A stretch of DNA of 64,000 bases. It comes from Squalus acanthias. Lineage: Eukaryota. The DNA lies in assembly GCA_030390025.1 (NCBI GenBank), contig CM059432.1, positions 28,150,001-28,214,000 of the forward strand, given 5' to 3'. The position numbers and the translations under genes are program-made. The notes beneath the pieces were generated by a model. That model ran no database searches and was not told where the DNA came from. It was given only the letters and a program-made list of their open reading frames with translations. This document shows, piece by piece, positions 35,669 to 48,805 of this stretch. Position 1 is the stretch's first letter. Every line of letters starts with the position of its first letter.

Positions 35669-37957
35669 TACCCTTAGTATCATGTACGTGATAGAGTACG
35701 CAGATGGCCTTTTACCCAGAGGGTATCCTCATCTCTTTATCTCCAGTTCATATGCTTGGAACGCAGTGAGCCACGTCACAGCCCAAATAATTAAAATAGG
35801 CTTTAGAATGGTGACCACTCAGCTCAGAGCATCAAAATGCTGTACTTGTTTCTTGTGGTTTCTGTATCACAAACAATGGGTGCACCTCATTGTGTTATGG
35901 TGGGGACCTAGTCCAGGAAGCGTGTGGTTTCTTTGTGAAAGGGGGAGGTGTAAGCATTGTCTGTGGTACAGCAGAGTGTTACAGTGGGTGGGTATTCTAG
36001 GTAACTTGCTTCATGTGGTGTCTTCTAACAAAGGCTCTGGGGTATTGCAGAGTATCACAGCGAGGGCTGTGTCTTTTTTTCAGAAAATGTTTCCTTTCCC
36101 CAATTTTCTTCGTTCCTTTCACAAAAGCAGTTATTCTTGATGTTTGAGTTGATTTTAAGTTGTACACAAAATGTGGGCTATCTTGGCAAGGCTACATTTA
36201 TTTCTCATCCGTACATGCCCTGAGAAGGTGGTGGTGGGCTTTTTCTTTGAACTGTTGCAGTCCTTCTGGTGATGGTGCACCCACAATGGTGCTAAGTAGG
36301 GAATTACATGATTTTGGCCCAGTGAGACAAGAGCCGAATTTCTGGCCCATTAAATGAACAACAATATATGTCCAAGTCAGAATAGTGTGCAACTTAGAGG
36401 GGAACTTGGAGCTGACTGTTGACAGGTTGCTTAACCATTTTTTGTTTAGTCGGGTGTCTGACATGCGTAGAGGCCCAACACCATGTTTACAAGTCTCCAA
36501 TTCAAGCTACTGACAAATCTATATCCATCTGTAAAATTTCTGTTTGCCTAATATGGAGGTCTCATTCTCTTCCTGTAGGGACACATCCCACTCACCCAAG
36601 TCCAGAGGACTTGAACACAGGTTGGCAAAGCCAAAGTTTCTGGACTCCTAAGTGTGTGCAAGAGTATTGCCAGAGTTTAACCAAAGTGGTTTTTCACTTC
36701 TTGTCCAACTAGGATTACTTTACCCATTGGGAGATGAGGCTGCAGGGTTACTGGAGCCAAGTAGGAAGAATCCCAGCTGCCAGTGACAGGTGTATAGCTC
36801 ATGGTTCCATCAATGAGCTGGGCAATCATCAACAGTGCTCTGGACTACTGTGGACCTACCTGGCTCAGATGGTGGATTACTTGCTTGAAGCAAAGGGTTA
36901 ACTTGGTTTCCAAGCTTCCAACGCCATGTGTGTCACCTTGGAGCAAGCTCAACCCCAAAGAGACTTCACTTACCACACCCACCACCCGAGAAACCAGACA
37001 CCAAGATGTAAGTTTTCCGAGGCAAGGGTCCAAGCATGAAATGTCGCTCGCTGGGAGAATCAGCTGTAGAGGTTATCATGCTCAGTCACTCTCAATTTTA
37101 ATTTTTCTTTTAATTTTAATAACTGAAATATTGGAAGCACTGTAAATCAGGTGTGCTAACCTACACGCCTGATTTTCCAGCTCCCTGCTTTCCTAGCTAG
37201 AGAGGCACTGTGCTGGGACCCTGGCCTCACATTTTCCTTCAAATGTTTAAAAATACATTTTTCCATTCAATTCTGCTCCTTATGAGGTGCATTAGAAAGA
37301 AAGAAATGACCTGCATTTATATAGTGCCTCGTCACATCTCTCAGAAATGTCTCTACGTGCTTCACATACAATGAATGACTTTGAAGGGCTGTGATTATTG
37401 TTATGTAGGCAAATGCAGCAGCCATTTTGAGCCCACTGAGATCTCACAAGCAGCAATGAGGGGAATGACCAGATAATCTACTTTTGATGGCGTTGGGCAA
37501 GTGAAGAATGTTGGCCCTGAACAGCGGGAGAACTCCCTCCCCTTCTTTGTGTTGTGCCACTGGATCTTTAACATTCACCTGAACCACCAGAAGCAGGCAG
37601 GGATCACTATTTATCCAGGTTATTGAGGTTTCCAGGAAATTTTCATCAGTAGCAAAGAAAGACTCAGACCAACATCTTGCTGATTCTGCCCTCTATCTGG
37701 TTTTGCCATTGGCGATTGGAAGTAACCATTAGGGGCCAACAGGTGCTCTGTGCCACACTACCACTTCACACTGAGCAAAGTATTACCAACAAAACTATTA
37801 TCCTGTAGCAGCAAAATGAACCACTTCGCCTGTGAGACAGTGAATAAAGGGATCAGATGTGCGCATCGTTTGTGATAATTTCCCCCCTCCCTCATTTCTT
37901 TTTTTTGATCATTCTTTGGGCAAGAAAAGTAGGCAGGTGTAAAATGTTTGAGTGTAC

Positions 37958-38023
37958 CTTTTCGAGGAAGTGGAGGAAGGCTAACGGGAGGACACATGTT
38001 GAGTCCACGATTCCACTGGCTCA
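37958..38023 (-). CDS. TG: TG exon 35 equivalent (SQWNRGLNMCPPVSLPPLPRK)
   Basis: 66 bp, AG/GT, phase 1/1. CPxVxLP motif at the expected position. Confidence 0.85.
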
Positions 38024-39439
38024 CTGCAAATAAAAGTTGAGAGACAAGTTAACGAATAGTCCGTAAACTGAGAAACTGACCTTCACAATTCTTCTGTGTT
38101 GCTCTTACTCCCCCATCCTCTCCTGAAGGCACTGACTCTTTTTCAGATACCATTCGCCAATGCCTCATCCAAGCAGCCATTCTTCATGCGTGAACCTGGA
38201 CAGTGAGTGTCGATAGATTACTCGACAGTGGGGGGTAGGAGGTTAATCACAGCTGAGTCCGATCCTCAACCGAGGTCCACATGGACGCTCTTTCCAGCAG
38301 GGTTTCATTGAACAGAGGCAAACAGCTGGAACCTTGGCTGATTTTAGTGCCCCTCGCTGCTTCCTCCCCCTCCCCAGCACACACAGCTGAGATCAGTTAA
38401 CAGCACAGACATGGAATTGAACCTAGGACTTTCCTGGTCTATATGACTCAGTTCTACTGTACAGAGAATCTTGAGCAGCTGTTATCACCAGAATTCCGAG
38501 CAACAGTGCTTCAAACAGAGGATTTCTTGCCAAATTGGCATGTTTATCATTAGTGAGCTGAGTTGAGGGTGCAAGATTCAGATGCTGTGGCTTGATTCAG
38601 AGTTTTGTTAAAAGTAAGTATTTCGTTCCTTATAGCCAATCCTTGGCTCTCAGTTATTGTTGTGTAATATCATCGGAAACACATTTATAACACTGAAGAT
38701 TTCCAGGCCCATAAACAAAAGCTTTGCACATTTCAAAGTGGTGATGTAAGAGCTGTCAAGAACAGATGAAGTAGCCAATAAATGTCTTACAATGTCTCCC
38801 CTTTAGAGTTAATGCAAAGCACTACCAGATGCTCTTCTCAGATCAGTCAAATCATGCATTAGAATTTCCTGAGTATTTGCCCCCAGCGACATGCGTAATC
38901 GGGGGGGGGGGGGTGTAAAGCAAATACCCAGCATAAAAAATCAAACCAACTCAGGCGCGGGGTAAAAGATCAAGCAAACTTGGATGGACATATTTACCCT
39001 ATGCCTGAATTTCTTTGCTCTTTTACGCCCGTCTATCACTCCCTGCGTCAAATGCATCTCGGCTCATTGTAATGGCTCCCTCCAAGGCTAAAGAGCTGTA
39101 CAGGAGAATTTCCTGCTATTAGGCTGGTTCAAAACGGGTGTAAAATTAAGGTCAGAATGGTGCAACAGAAAACAAAGTCATTTTCCTGGCGTTTTTATGT
39201 GATTTTTTTAAGCCATTTAATGAAAAACTTATCCTCGCTGAGATCTGCACTGTATTTCCTGTTTTTCTGAATGCATTTTTATCTCTTCAGTACAACTTAC
39301 ATTAAAAATGCAAATGCTTCCAGGATTGTATGCTTTCAAACATGCTCTGGCTAATGATGGTTAGATGGCTTGAAAATTTACTTTTCATACTTAAAAGAAG
39401 GAATATGTGCTAATTTCTGTTTGTTATTCTGGGGTTATT

Positions 39440-40275
39440 CTCGGTGGAGTGGTAAATAGCGAGGAGGGAAGCCTCAGGCTACAGGACGATATAGACGGGT
39501 TGGTCAAATGGGCAGAACAGTGGCAAATGGAATTTAACCCTGAAAAGTGTGAGGACTAACAAGGCAAGTGAATACACAATGAATGGTAGGACCCTAGGAA
39601 GGACAGAGGATCAGAGGGACCTTGGTGTGCATGTACATAGATCCCTGAAGGCAGATAAGGTGGTTAAAAAGGCATATGGGATACTTGCCTTCATTAGCCG
39701 AGGCATAGAATATAAGAGCAGGGAGGTTATGATGGAGCTGTACAAAACGCTAGTTAGGCCACAGCTGGAATACTGTGTGCAGTTCTGGTCGCCACACTAT
39801 AGGAAGGATGTGATTGCATTGGAGAGGGTGCAGAGGAGATTCACCAGGATGTTACCTGGGCTGGGGCGCTTCAGCTATGAAGAGAGACTGGACAGGGGAC
39901 CTGATTGAGGTGTACAAAATTATGAGGGGCATAGATAGGGTAGATAGAAAGGAACTTTTCCCCTTAGTAGAGGGGTCAATAACCAGGGGGCATAGTTTCA
40001 AGGTAAAGGGCAGGAGGTTTAGAGGGGATTTGAGGAAAAACTTTTTCACCCAGGGGGTGGTTGGAATCTGGAACTCACTGCCTGAAAGGATGGTAGAGGC
40101 AGGAACCCTCACAACATTCAAGAAGCATTTAGATGAGTACTTGAAATGCCATAGCATACAAGGCTACGGACCAAGTGCTGGAAAATGGGATTAGAATAGA
40201 CAGGGTTTGATGGCCGGTGCGGACACGATGGGCCGAAGGGCCCCTTTCTGTTCTGTATAACTCTATGACTCTATG
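39440..40275 (+). mobile_element. CR1 3' fragment inserted in a TIR-type element (about 38860-40383)
   Basis: ORFs 39549-39908 and 39814-40194; (ctctatga)n tail. Confidence 0.88.
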
Positions 40276-40464
40276 TTTACATTCTAGCTTATGCTAATGA
40301 TATTGCACGAATTTAAGAGTAAATTGACATCGGCAAATGGGCGCACAAATGGGCAATTACGCTCTCACAGGAAATTTCACCCCTTAATGCTAAATTGGCT
40401 GTTACTGTATCTTCCAACAAGGAAATCACCCTCAATTCTTTTTATTTAAAATATCTGGGGGTCA

Positions 40465-41372
40465 GCTTGGAAGTATAGAGAACAGTGAGGAGGAGAGTGA
40501 TAGACTTCAGGAAGACATAAACAGGCTGATGAAATGGGCGGACACGTGGCAGGTGAAATTTAACACAGAAAAGTGTGAAGTGATACATTTTGGGTAGAAA
40601 GAATGAGGAGAGGACATGTAAACTAAATGGTACAATCCTGAAGGGGGTGCATGAACAGAGAGACCTGGGAGTGTGTGTGCACAAATCGTTGAAGGTCGCA
40701 GGGCAGATTGAGAAAGCAGTTAAAAAGGCTTACAGGATCCTGGGCTTCATAAATAGAGGTATAGAGTACAAAAGTGTGGAAATTATGATGAACCTGTATA
40801 AAACACTGGTTCGGCCCCAACTGGAGTACTGTGTCCAATTCTGGGCACCACACTTCAGGAAGGATGTGAAGGCCTTAGAGAAGGTGCAGAAAAGATTTAC
40901 AAGAATGATTCCAGGAATGAGGGACTTCAGTTACATTGATAGACTGGAGAAGCTGGGGTTATTCTCGTTGGAGTAGAGAAGATTGAGAGGAGATTTGATA
41001 GAGGTGTTCAAAATCATGAGGGGTCTGGACAGAGTAGATAGAGAGAAACTGTTCCCATTGGCAGACGGGTTGAGAACCAGAGGACACAGATTTAAGGTGA
41101 TTGGTGAAAGAACCAAAGGCGACGTAAGAAAAAACTTTTTTACTCAGCGAGTGGTTAAGATCTGGAATGCACTGCCTGAAAGAGTGGTGGAGGCAGACTC
41201 AATTTTATCTTTCAAAAGGGAGTTGGATAAATATCTGAAGGAAAAAATTTTGCAGGGCTATGGGGAAAGGGCGGGGGAGTGGGACTAGCTGAAGTGCTGT
41301 TGCAGAGAGCTGGCGTGGGCTCGACGGGCCGAATGGCCTTCTTCCCTGCTGTAACCATTCTATGATTCTATG
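40465..41372 (+). mobile_element. CR1 3' fragment
   Basis: ORFs 40590-40976 and 40983-41288 in one frame, separated by a TAG; (ttctatga)n tail. Confidence 0.9.
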
Positions 41373-41607
41373 AAGTATTGTAGTCATCAAGGAGAAGGAT
41401 GTTGGTGCAAGGAAAGAGAACACTTTCCCAACTTTGGGAACCCACTGTCAGCACCAGGCACCTCCAGGTTAAGTAAGCAGAGTAAAGCTCGCCAACTCGA
41501 ATACTGGCCTCCCGCCTGTGGGACCTGGAGTTGTGGCAGGCTGATGGAATGAATATAAACCAATTAAAAAAAAAGATAAATCTGGAAATGTAGAGTTTAT
41601 TACATAC

Positions 41608-41748
41608 CAGGCTTCTGGTACCATCCAAATGGATAGGTTAGTTTGTCCAGGTCAGCTGACTCACAGTCTAGGATATGCCAGCTCTGAACTTCCTCACTGC
41701 AGGACTGCACTCCAAGACTATTGAGCGTAAGGCACGTCATCTCCATGT
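41608..41748 (-). CDS. TG: TG exon 34 equivalent (MEMTCLTLNSLGVQSCSEEVQSWHILDCESADLDKLTYPFGWYQKP)
   Basis: 141 bp, AG/GT. CLTLNSLG and YPFGWYQKP match TG. Confidence 0.96.
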
Positions 41749-42654
41749 CTAGCAAATGTATTTGATAAAGAAAGTAAATATTAACAGGAAAATCCTCGGT
41801 CCCCCTAAGCCAGTTTTACAGGCAATGCCATCCCACATTTACTTCACCCAAGTGACCATTCTTCACACTGTGTTGGCCTTGGAGGTAGGTAACAGTCAAG
41901 CCTCACCCCGTCCTCATCCAACATCCAGACATACACATTTCCAGCACATGTCACTGGATAGTAATCAGGAGCAGGAACACTGACTAAATGCTTTTCCACC
42001 CGCCGCAAAAGCCAATCAGTCACCACCCTAGCTGAGAGCAGCCAGTTAAGCATGAGCCGGGAACCGGTCCTGGGACCTTCCGGGTCTTTCTGAATGAATT
42101 AACCACATGATGCAATAACCACCTGAGCAACAGGAGGAGCTCAGTTCAATGCTCTTGGGCAATGTGACCCATTCGACTGTACGCAAACCAAAAATAAGGT
42201 GAATCAGGACAATGATTCGCATATAAAGTTAAACCGAACACTGAATACAGTGCCATCTATACGGCAGTAGTCGCACAGTCAAAGAAGGTTGTGTGGTTTA
42301 TAACGGCACCTATAGCATTCTGGTGCCTACTCAGCACAACAGGAGTTTAACCTGCGAGTGCACTTACACCAGTGAGGCTTTGGAGGGCTTGCAACACACA
42401 GGGGTAGGGCTTCCATGGGGGTTCGCCCAATCTCCTACCGTAACTTTGGCAGAAGACCAATGGAAACCTCAGAGAAAAAGAGTAAATGGTTGTTTACACT
42501 GTTTCTCCGGGTCTTTCGCTGATCTTCGGCCGAAGTTACGGTGGGAGATCAGAAGAAACGCTGCAGAAATTTGAATCCTCACAGTATAAACCGAATAGAT
42601 CCAAATAATAACCACTGAAATGAAATTCATTGTGCTTATGAGCAGGACCCATAC

Positions 42655-43270
42655 ACTTAAGAACATAAGAACATAGAAATAGGAGCAGGAGGAGGCCATT
42701 TGGCCCTTTGAGCCTGCTCCACCATTCAACAAGATCATGGCTGATCTTTTACCTCAACTCCACCTTCCCGCTCTATCCCCATATCCCTTAATTCCATTAG
42801 TTCCCAAAAATTTATCGACCTCTGTCTTGAATATATTCAACGACTGAGCATCCACAGCTCTCTGGGATAGAGAATTCCAAAGATTCACAATCCTTTGAGT
42901 GAAGAAATTTCTCCTCATCTCAGTCCTAAATGGCCTACCCCTTATTCTGAGACTGTGACCCCGTGTTCTAGATTCCCCAGCCAGGGGAAACATTTTCTCA
43001 GCATTAACCCTGTCAAGTCCCTTAAGAATTTTATGTTTCAATTAGATCACCTCTCATTCTTCTAAACTCTAGGGAATATAGGCCTAGTCTACTCAATCTC
43101 TCCTCAGAGGGCAATCCCCTCATCCCAGGAACCAGTCTAGTGAACCTTCACTGCACTCCCTCGAAGGCAAGTATGTCTTTCCTTAGGTAAGGAGACCAGA
43201 ATTGTACACAATACTCCAGGTGTGGTCTCACCAATACCCTGTATAATTGTATTAAGACTTCTTTGCTCTT
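42655..43270 (-). mobile_element. CR1 3' fragment
   Basis: ILKGLDRV..MFPLAGESRTRGHSLRIRG...; tail at 42660. Confidence 0.88.
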
Positions 43271-44075
43271 GATCTGTGCTTATGGGTCTAGTGAGTCATT
43301 TTGTCCCAGTCATTCCGGAGGTGTAATTCTTATTTAAGTACAGAATTGAAAAAGTCAACTGTGGTACATCTGGCTAGTCCCAAAGTTCAAAAAGTATCTC
43401 ATTAGGCTTTATCTCTTCTACTACTTGATTCCTTTTTTTTTTGCTGCACTAAAGACGATTCAGCTCCCTCTTGAATTTGCTAACGCTGTCCACCTTCACT
43501 GTCTTCCTGTTCCACACATTCACCACCCTTTGTGGGAAGCAGTTAAATATAAGCTGCTTAGTTACCTTACCTCTTCCGGGTTTGCGTCTGTGGTACCAGT
43601 TACGGAGTTTCACTCCAAATATCCTTGGTCCCACTCTGCTGGTGTAAAATGGTGGAGTGGGTGCCACTATCCTACACAGCCGGAGTATCCAGGATCAGGG
43701 TATATTTTGCCATATTTTCAGTGACTTTTGCCCCAGTGCGCTAGCAGGCCCAAGGAATTTTGGACCCTTTGTACTTTTGTCAAACAATTGATTTTGGTTC
43801 AACTTATCTTATATTCAAGACAGTGATCGATATATTTTTGAATATTAAGGGAATCAAGGGATATGGGGATAGTGCAGGAAAGTGGAGATGAGGTAGAAGA
43901 TCAGCCATGATCTTATTGAATGGCGGAGCAGGCTCGAAGAGCCAAATGGCCTACTCCTGCTCCTATTTCTTATGTTCTTATCTACCCTCTTTAACAGCTT
44001 AGTATTTAATGGCTTCTCTTTTTCTTAGTGCACAGTCTGCTACACTCTCCTCATTTATTCATTGATAGTTAATAC

Positions 44076-44155
44076 CTGGCGTCTGTGGGTCTTTCAGAAA
44101 TCCGAATCCTTTGCAACAGGAATCTTCATCGCACAAGCGTTCACACTCAAAGAAC
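44076..44155 (-). CDS. TG: TG exon 33 equivalent (FFECERLCDEDSCCKGFGFLKDPQTP)
   Basis: 80 bp, AG/GT. FFECERxCDxDxCCxGFGFL. Confidence 0.96.
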
Positions 44156-44217
44156 CTTGGAGCACAAAGATGCAGCGAGTCAGTTCAGTAGCAATCTTTA
44201 CAACAATATTACTCTAA

Positions 44218-44977
44218 GGGCTGGATTTTGTCTTGGGGTCGGGTTGGGGTCGTGTAATCCGCATTTCGTGTTCCCAACCCGACTCCAGATTAATGTGGAT
44301 GCCAGATGCAATTTTTACTTAATTGGGCAATTGAGTTGGAGCATGTGGGAACCCATGAACTAATTAGTGTTTTCAGTCTGAAAGCCGCCTCTGATGATGT
44401 CATCATTGCTGACTGGCTAGTCTGAGAGACTGTTGGTGAGAGAGGACCTGCCTGGCTTTTGATGTGGGTGGACCTGGATGCAAAAATGGGTGGTGGTGGT
44501 GTAGAGGAGAAGGGAAAGAGAGAGAGAGAGAGAGAGTTTTTGCCAAGCAAGTCCTCCCAGGCAGTCTCTGAAGACATTCAATGCAGCAGCATCAGAGGCG
44601 ACGTTCAGACCTAATACTACCTTCATCACATCTCCGTTGTAATAATGGACCTGCAGCCGATAGTCAGCTATCCACTTGTGCTCCCGCCAGGTTTCACTGG
44701 AGTGTTTCACACCAGGCGTGCTTCACGTCAGAAGAGGGTTAAACTAGCTACAGCATTTCAAAATGGCATTACAGAGCCAATTTAGAGCTTGTTAAGGGCT
44801 TTAATGGCCTCTCCCGCCTCTTGAAGGCGGGACGGAGTCGGGAACCCCGTGACTGATTCTGTCAAAATTGCGTGGAGGCGGGATGGAGTCGGGATGGGGT
44901 CGGAAACCCCGACCCCGCAAATTTAACCCCCCACACGCCTCCAAACCCGACTCCATGGGTCATTCAAAATCCAGCCC
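44218..44977. mobile_element. MITE family B copy
   Basis: Perfect 13-bp TIR gggctggattttg / caaaatccagccc; TAA TSD on both sides. Confidence 0.9.
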
Positions 44978-45519
44978 TAACTTTTCGCCAAGGGTCACAA
45001 TCCAAACCAATGGTTTTCCCCAGGGATACCCTCCAGAAAGCTGAAGCACATTGCACGACAGAGTGAAGGGACACAGGTTTGAGCCTGCAGTTCCCATTTG
45101 GGAGCTCCTAGTTTCAATCGTACCATTGTGGTTATTTGTTGGATGGTAGTTGTGTTTTAATGGGGTCCTTTCACTTGCTGTATGTATCTAGAATAACTGT
45201 TACCTAATTGTGTTCCTTTGCCATTTTTTTTTTACTGAAGACTAGGAAGTGGGGGGGAAATAGCCCTGAATCTGAACAGTAAGCATCCCAAAGCTGGGCA
45301 GCTGTGCCTGGGGGCCAAAGGCAAGTGGAACAGGAAGTCTGCTGGCGCCCAGAAGGTGAAGGGGAGGTGGGCCACAATTGACCCCCTGCCTATATTATAA
45401 TTAGATTATCTTATGGTGCAGTGTGTTGATAGGCCAGGGCACTGTGGTACAAGTTTCCAAGATTTCCCAACATGGACAGTTCCTAACGTGTCTAAGCATT
45501 GAGCAAGTGAACAAAAGGA

Positions 45520-46065
45520 TAATGGAACGTTGGCCTTTATTTCGAAGGGACTGGAATACAAAGGGGAGGAAGTGATGCTTCAGTTGTATAGAGCCTTGGT
45601 CAAGCCCCACCTGGAGCACTGCTTTCCACACCTCAGGAAGGATATAGTGGCCTTGGAGGTGGTGCCACACAGATTCAATAAAATGATACCGGCGCTTAAA
45701 ACATGAAATTATGAGGACAGTTTGCATAGGCTTGGCCTTTTTTCCCTTGATCTAATCGAAGTGTTTGAAATAATTAAAAAATCATATCCTCTGATGGGGA
45801 ATCCAGAACAAAGGGGCATAATCTTAAAATTAGAGCCAGGCCATTCAGAAGTAAATTCAGGAGTGAAATCAGGAAGCACTTTTTCACCCAAAGGGTATTA
45901 GAAATTGGGAGCTCTTGCCCTCAAAAGACTGTGAATGCTGGGACAATTGGAGTATTCAAGACTGAGATTGCTAGATTTTTGTTAGGTAAGGTTATCAAGG
46001 AATATGGAGCTAAGGCAGATAAATGAAGTTGAGGTATAGATCAGCAATGGCAGAGCAGGCTCAAG
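45520..46065 (+). mobile_element. Degenerate CR1 3' fragment
   Basis: GLEYKGEEVMLQLYRALVKPHLE remnant. Confidence 0.75.
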
Positions 46066-46146
46066 GAAATAAGCAAATCAAGAGGGCGAGTCCAATGTCT
46101 GCTGTGACCTCCACTGTAAAGAAGGCCTTGGAGGATGAATACTTAC

Positions 46147-46258
46147 CCAGATTGGATCCCTCTTGCAGTCACGTTCAGCCTGTTCCTTACTGAGATTCCC
46201 CACAGCTCATGAAATGCCAAGCGGCTGTAGAAATTTTTCACACTTCCTTCCAGCACAT
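46147..46258 (-). CDS. TG: TG exon 32 equivalent (VLEGSVKNFYSRLAFHELWGISVRNRLNVTARGIQSG); earlier exons not found in the window
   Basis: 112 bp, AG/GT. VKNFYxRL and GISxRN match TG. Confidence 0.95.
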
Positions 46259-46535
46259 CTGCAGGAAAGAAGGTGTAATTCAGATTGATTGTTGACTTCC
46301 TGACCCATTATCTCCCTCTGGAATAATGCATTTTCCTCAAAGTCTCAGTGACCCATTTACCATCATTTGATGGGTATGAAAATTATTTTCTTCACAATAT
46401 TGCAATGCCAGTTGTTAAACAGTAGGTATCACCATCAGTGCTCTCCTGAAAAGCCAACTGTTACATTCCAGTTAATGCACAGGATGAGGTATGTTACTTT
46501 GAAAGTTACTCAATGAAAGTTCAGAATTCTTAATA

Positions 46536-46897
46536 AAGGAAACTCTTTATTAACCGGCACCCAAATATCCGGAAATCTCTCTTAACCGGCAAAATTCTTG
46601 AGTAGGTAACCGGGGTTTTCCTTCATCTCTCGTTTAAAATTAACTTAAAAAAACCCCGAGGCGTTTGCCTTGTATCGGAGCGTGTAGATTGGGAGGGGAA
46701 TGTGCAGCCCGGGTAGGCAGTGGACATGACAGATGGTCAGCTGGCGGTCCCCGGGGAGACGGAGCTCCGAATGCAGGCGCATGTCAATGTGTACGGGGCT
46801 CTCGTACGTTGGGAGATATAACTCTCCATTATCCGGACTTTGTGATTAACCAGCGCCACGCCGGTACCGTCGGTGCCGGTTAATAAAGAGTTTCCTG
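46536..46897. mobile_element. Tc1/mariner-pogo-type MITE
   Basis: 26-bp TIR (c/a)aggaaactctttattaaccggcacc with 25 of 26 matching; TA on both sides. Confidence 0.85.
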
Positions 46898-46977
46898 TAA
46901 TAAGTTAATAACATGAGAGGTGAGATTTTCCTGTGTCTGCATCCAGGTACAGTTGATAGCTTGGGCAAAGCAATCAA

Positions 46978-48090
46978 TTGTCAGCTGTGGCTCAGTGGTA
47001 GCTGTCTTGCTTCTGTGTCAGAAGGTTGTGGGTTCATAGTCCCACTCTAGACACCAGCACATAATCAGCACTTCAGTGTAGTACTGAGGGAGTGCTGCAC
47101 TGTTGGAGGTGCAGTCTTTCAGATGAGACGTGAAACCTGGCCCCAGTCTGCCCTCTCAGGTGGATGTAAAAGCTCTTATGGCACTATTTCAATCAAGCGA
47201 GAGTCTAACCACCTCCCCTTGACATTCAACGGCATTACCATCGCCAAATCCCCCACTATCAACAACTTGGGGGTCACCATTAACCAGAAACTTAACTGGA
47301 CCAGCCACATAAATACTGTGGCAAAAAGAGCAGGTCAGAGGCTAGGTATTCTGCGGCGAGTGTCTCACCTCCTGACTCCCCAAAACCTTTCCACCATCTA
47401 CAAGGCACAAGTAAGGAGTGTGATGGAATACTCTCCACTTGCCAGGATGAGTGCAGCTCCAACAACACTCAAGAAGCTCAACACCATCCAGGATAAAGCA
47501 GCCCGCTTGATTGGCACCCCATCCACCACCTTAAGCATTCACTCACTCCACCGTGGCTGCAGTGTGTATCATCTACAAGATGCACTGCAGCAACTCGCCA
47601 AGGCTTCTTCGGCAGCACCTCCCAAACCCACGACCTCTTCCACCTAGAAGGACAAGGGTAGCAGGCGCATGGGAACACCACCACCTCCAAGTGCCCCTCC
47701 AAGTCACACACCATCTTGACTTAGAAGTATATCGCCGATCCTTCATCGTCACTGGGTCAAAATCCTTGAACTCCCTACCTAACAGCACTGTGGGAGTACC
47801 ATCACCACATGGACTGCAGCGGTTCAAGAAGGCGGCTCACCACCACCTTCCCAAGGTCAACTAGGGATGGGCAATAAATGCTGGCCTTGCCAGCGACACA
47901 TACATCCCATAAGCGAATAAAAAAAAACACTATTTCAAAGAAGAGCAGGGGAGTTCTCTCCAGTGTCCTGGCCAATGTCTATCCCTCAACCAACATCACT
48001 AAAACAGATTTGTCATTATCTCATTGCTGTTTGTGGGACATTGCTATGTTGGCTGTCACTTTTCCTACATTCCAACAGTGATTACACTAC
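46978..48090 (+). mobile_element. SacSINE1-like DeuSINE split by a LINE insertion
   Basis: Deu-domain breaks at 47192 and resumes at 47928. Confidence 0.85.
47193..47927 (+). mobile_element. 5'-truncated copy of the single-ORF (Zenon-like CR1) LINE; other 3' fragments at about 296-460, 36195-36420, 50907-51368 (all minus)
   Basis: YKAQVRSVMEYSPLA; AATAAA-containing A tail; 11-bp TSD cactatttcaa at 47182-47192 and 47928-47938. Confidence 0.9.
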
Positions 48091-48369
48091 AAAAAAAGTG
48101 TAGACCCAGGAAAACCTTCCCAAAGAAATTTTAGCAACAGGAAAAGTCCGTCATAGCCAAGCAAACACGTCACTCTCGTATAGATCCTGCTTTCACCAAA
48201 TTTCTTAATCCCTCTCTACCAAAACAAATTGACTCTTCACATGATTTTTTTTTCACATAGAATTACAATAGAAATGACAACATGGAAACAGGTCCTTCGG
48301 CCCAACCAGTCCTACTGGTATTTATCCTCACTGCACATGGTGAGACAGCTTTCTTCAGGGAACCCCCGG

Positions 48370-48805
48370 TGTCAGCCTCTGATTCAGAAGGTCAAGGGTT
48401 CAAGGCAAACTTCATGAAATGTGAGAACATAATGTAGGTTGACACTTCAGAGCAGTACTAAGGGAGTGCTGCACTGTTGGAGGTGCTGTCTGTTGGATAA
48501 AACGTTAAACCGAGGCCCCGTCTGCTCTCAGGTGGACGTAAAAGATCCCATGGCACTTTTCGAAGAAGAGCAGGGGAGTTCTCCCTGGTGTCTTCACCAA
48601 TATTTAGCCCTCAACCAACATCACTAAAACAGATCATCAGGTCATTATCTCATTGCTGTTTGTGGGGCCTTGCTGTGCACAGATTGGCTGCCGTGTCAAT
48701 GTTACAGCAGCGACCATACTTCAAAAAATACTTAATTAGCTATAAAGCACTTTGGGACATCCTGAGGTTGTGAACGACATTGTATAAATGTAAGGCTTTC
48801 TTCTT
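48370..48805 (+). mobile_element. SacSINE1-like DeuSINE
   Basis: gggagtgctgcactgttggaggtgctgtc...aaccgaggcccc...aaagatcccatggcacttttcg, the Deu-domain shared with AmnSINE1. Confidence 0.85.

Noticed and set aside
35616..36140. 174-aa ORF
   Set aside because: It starts in a SINE tail, has no recognisable domain and shows no exon structure.
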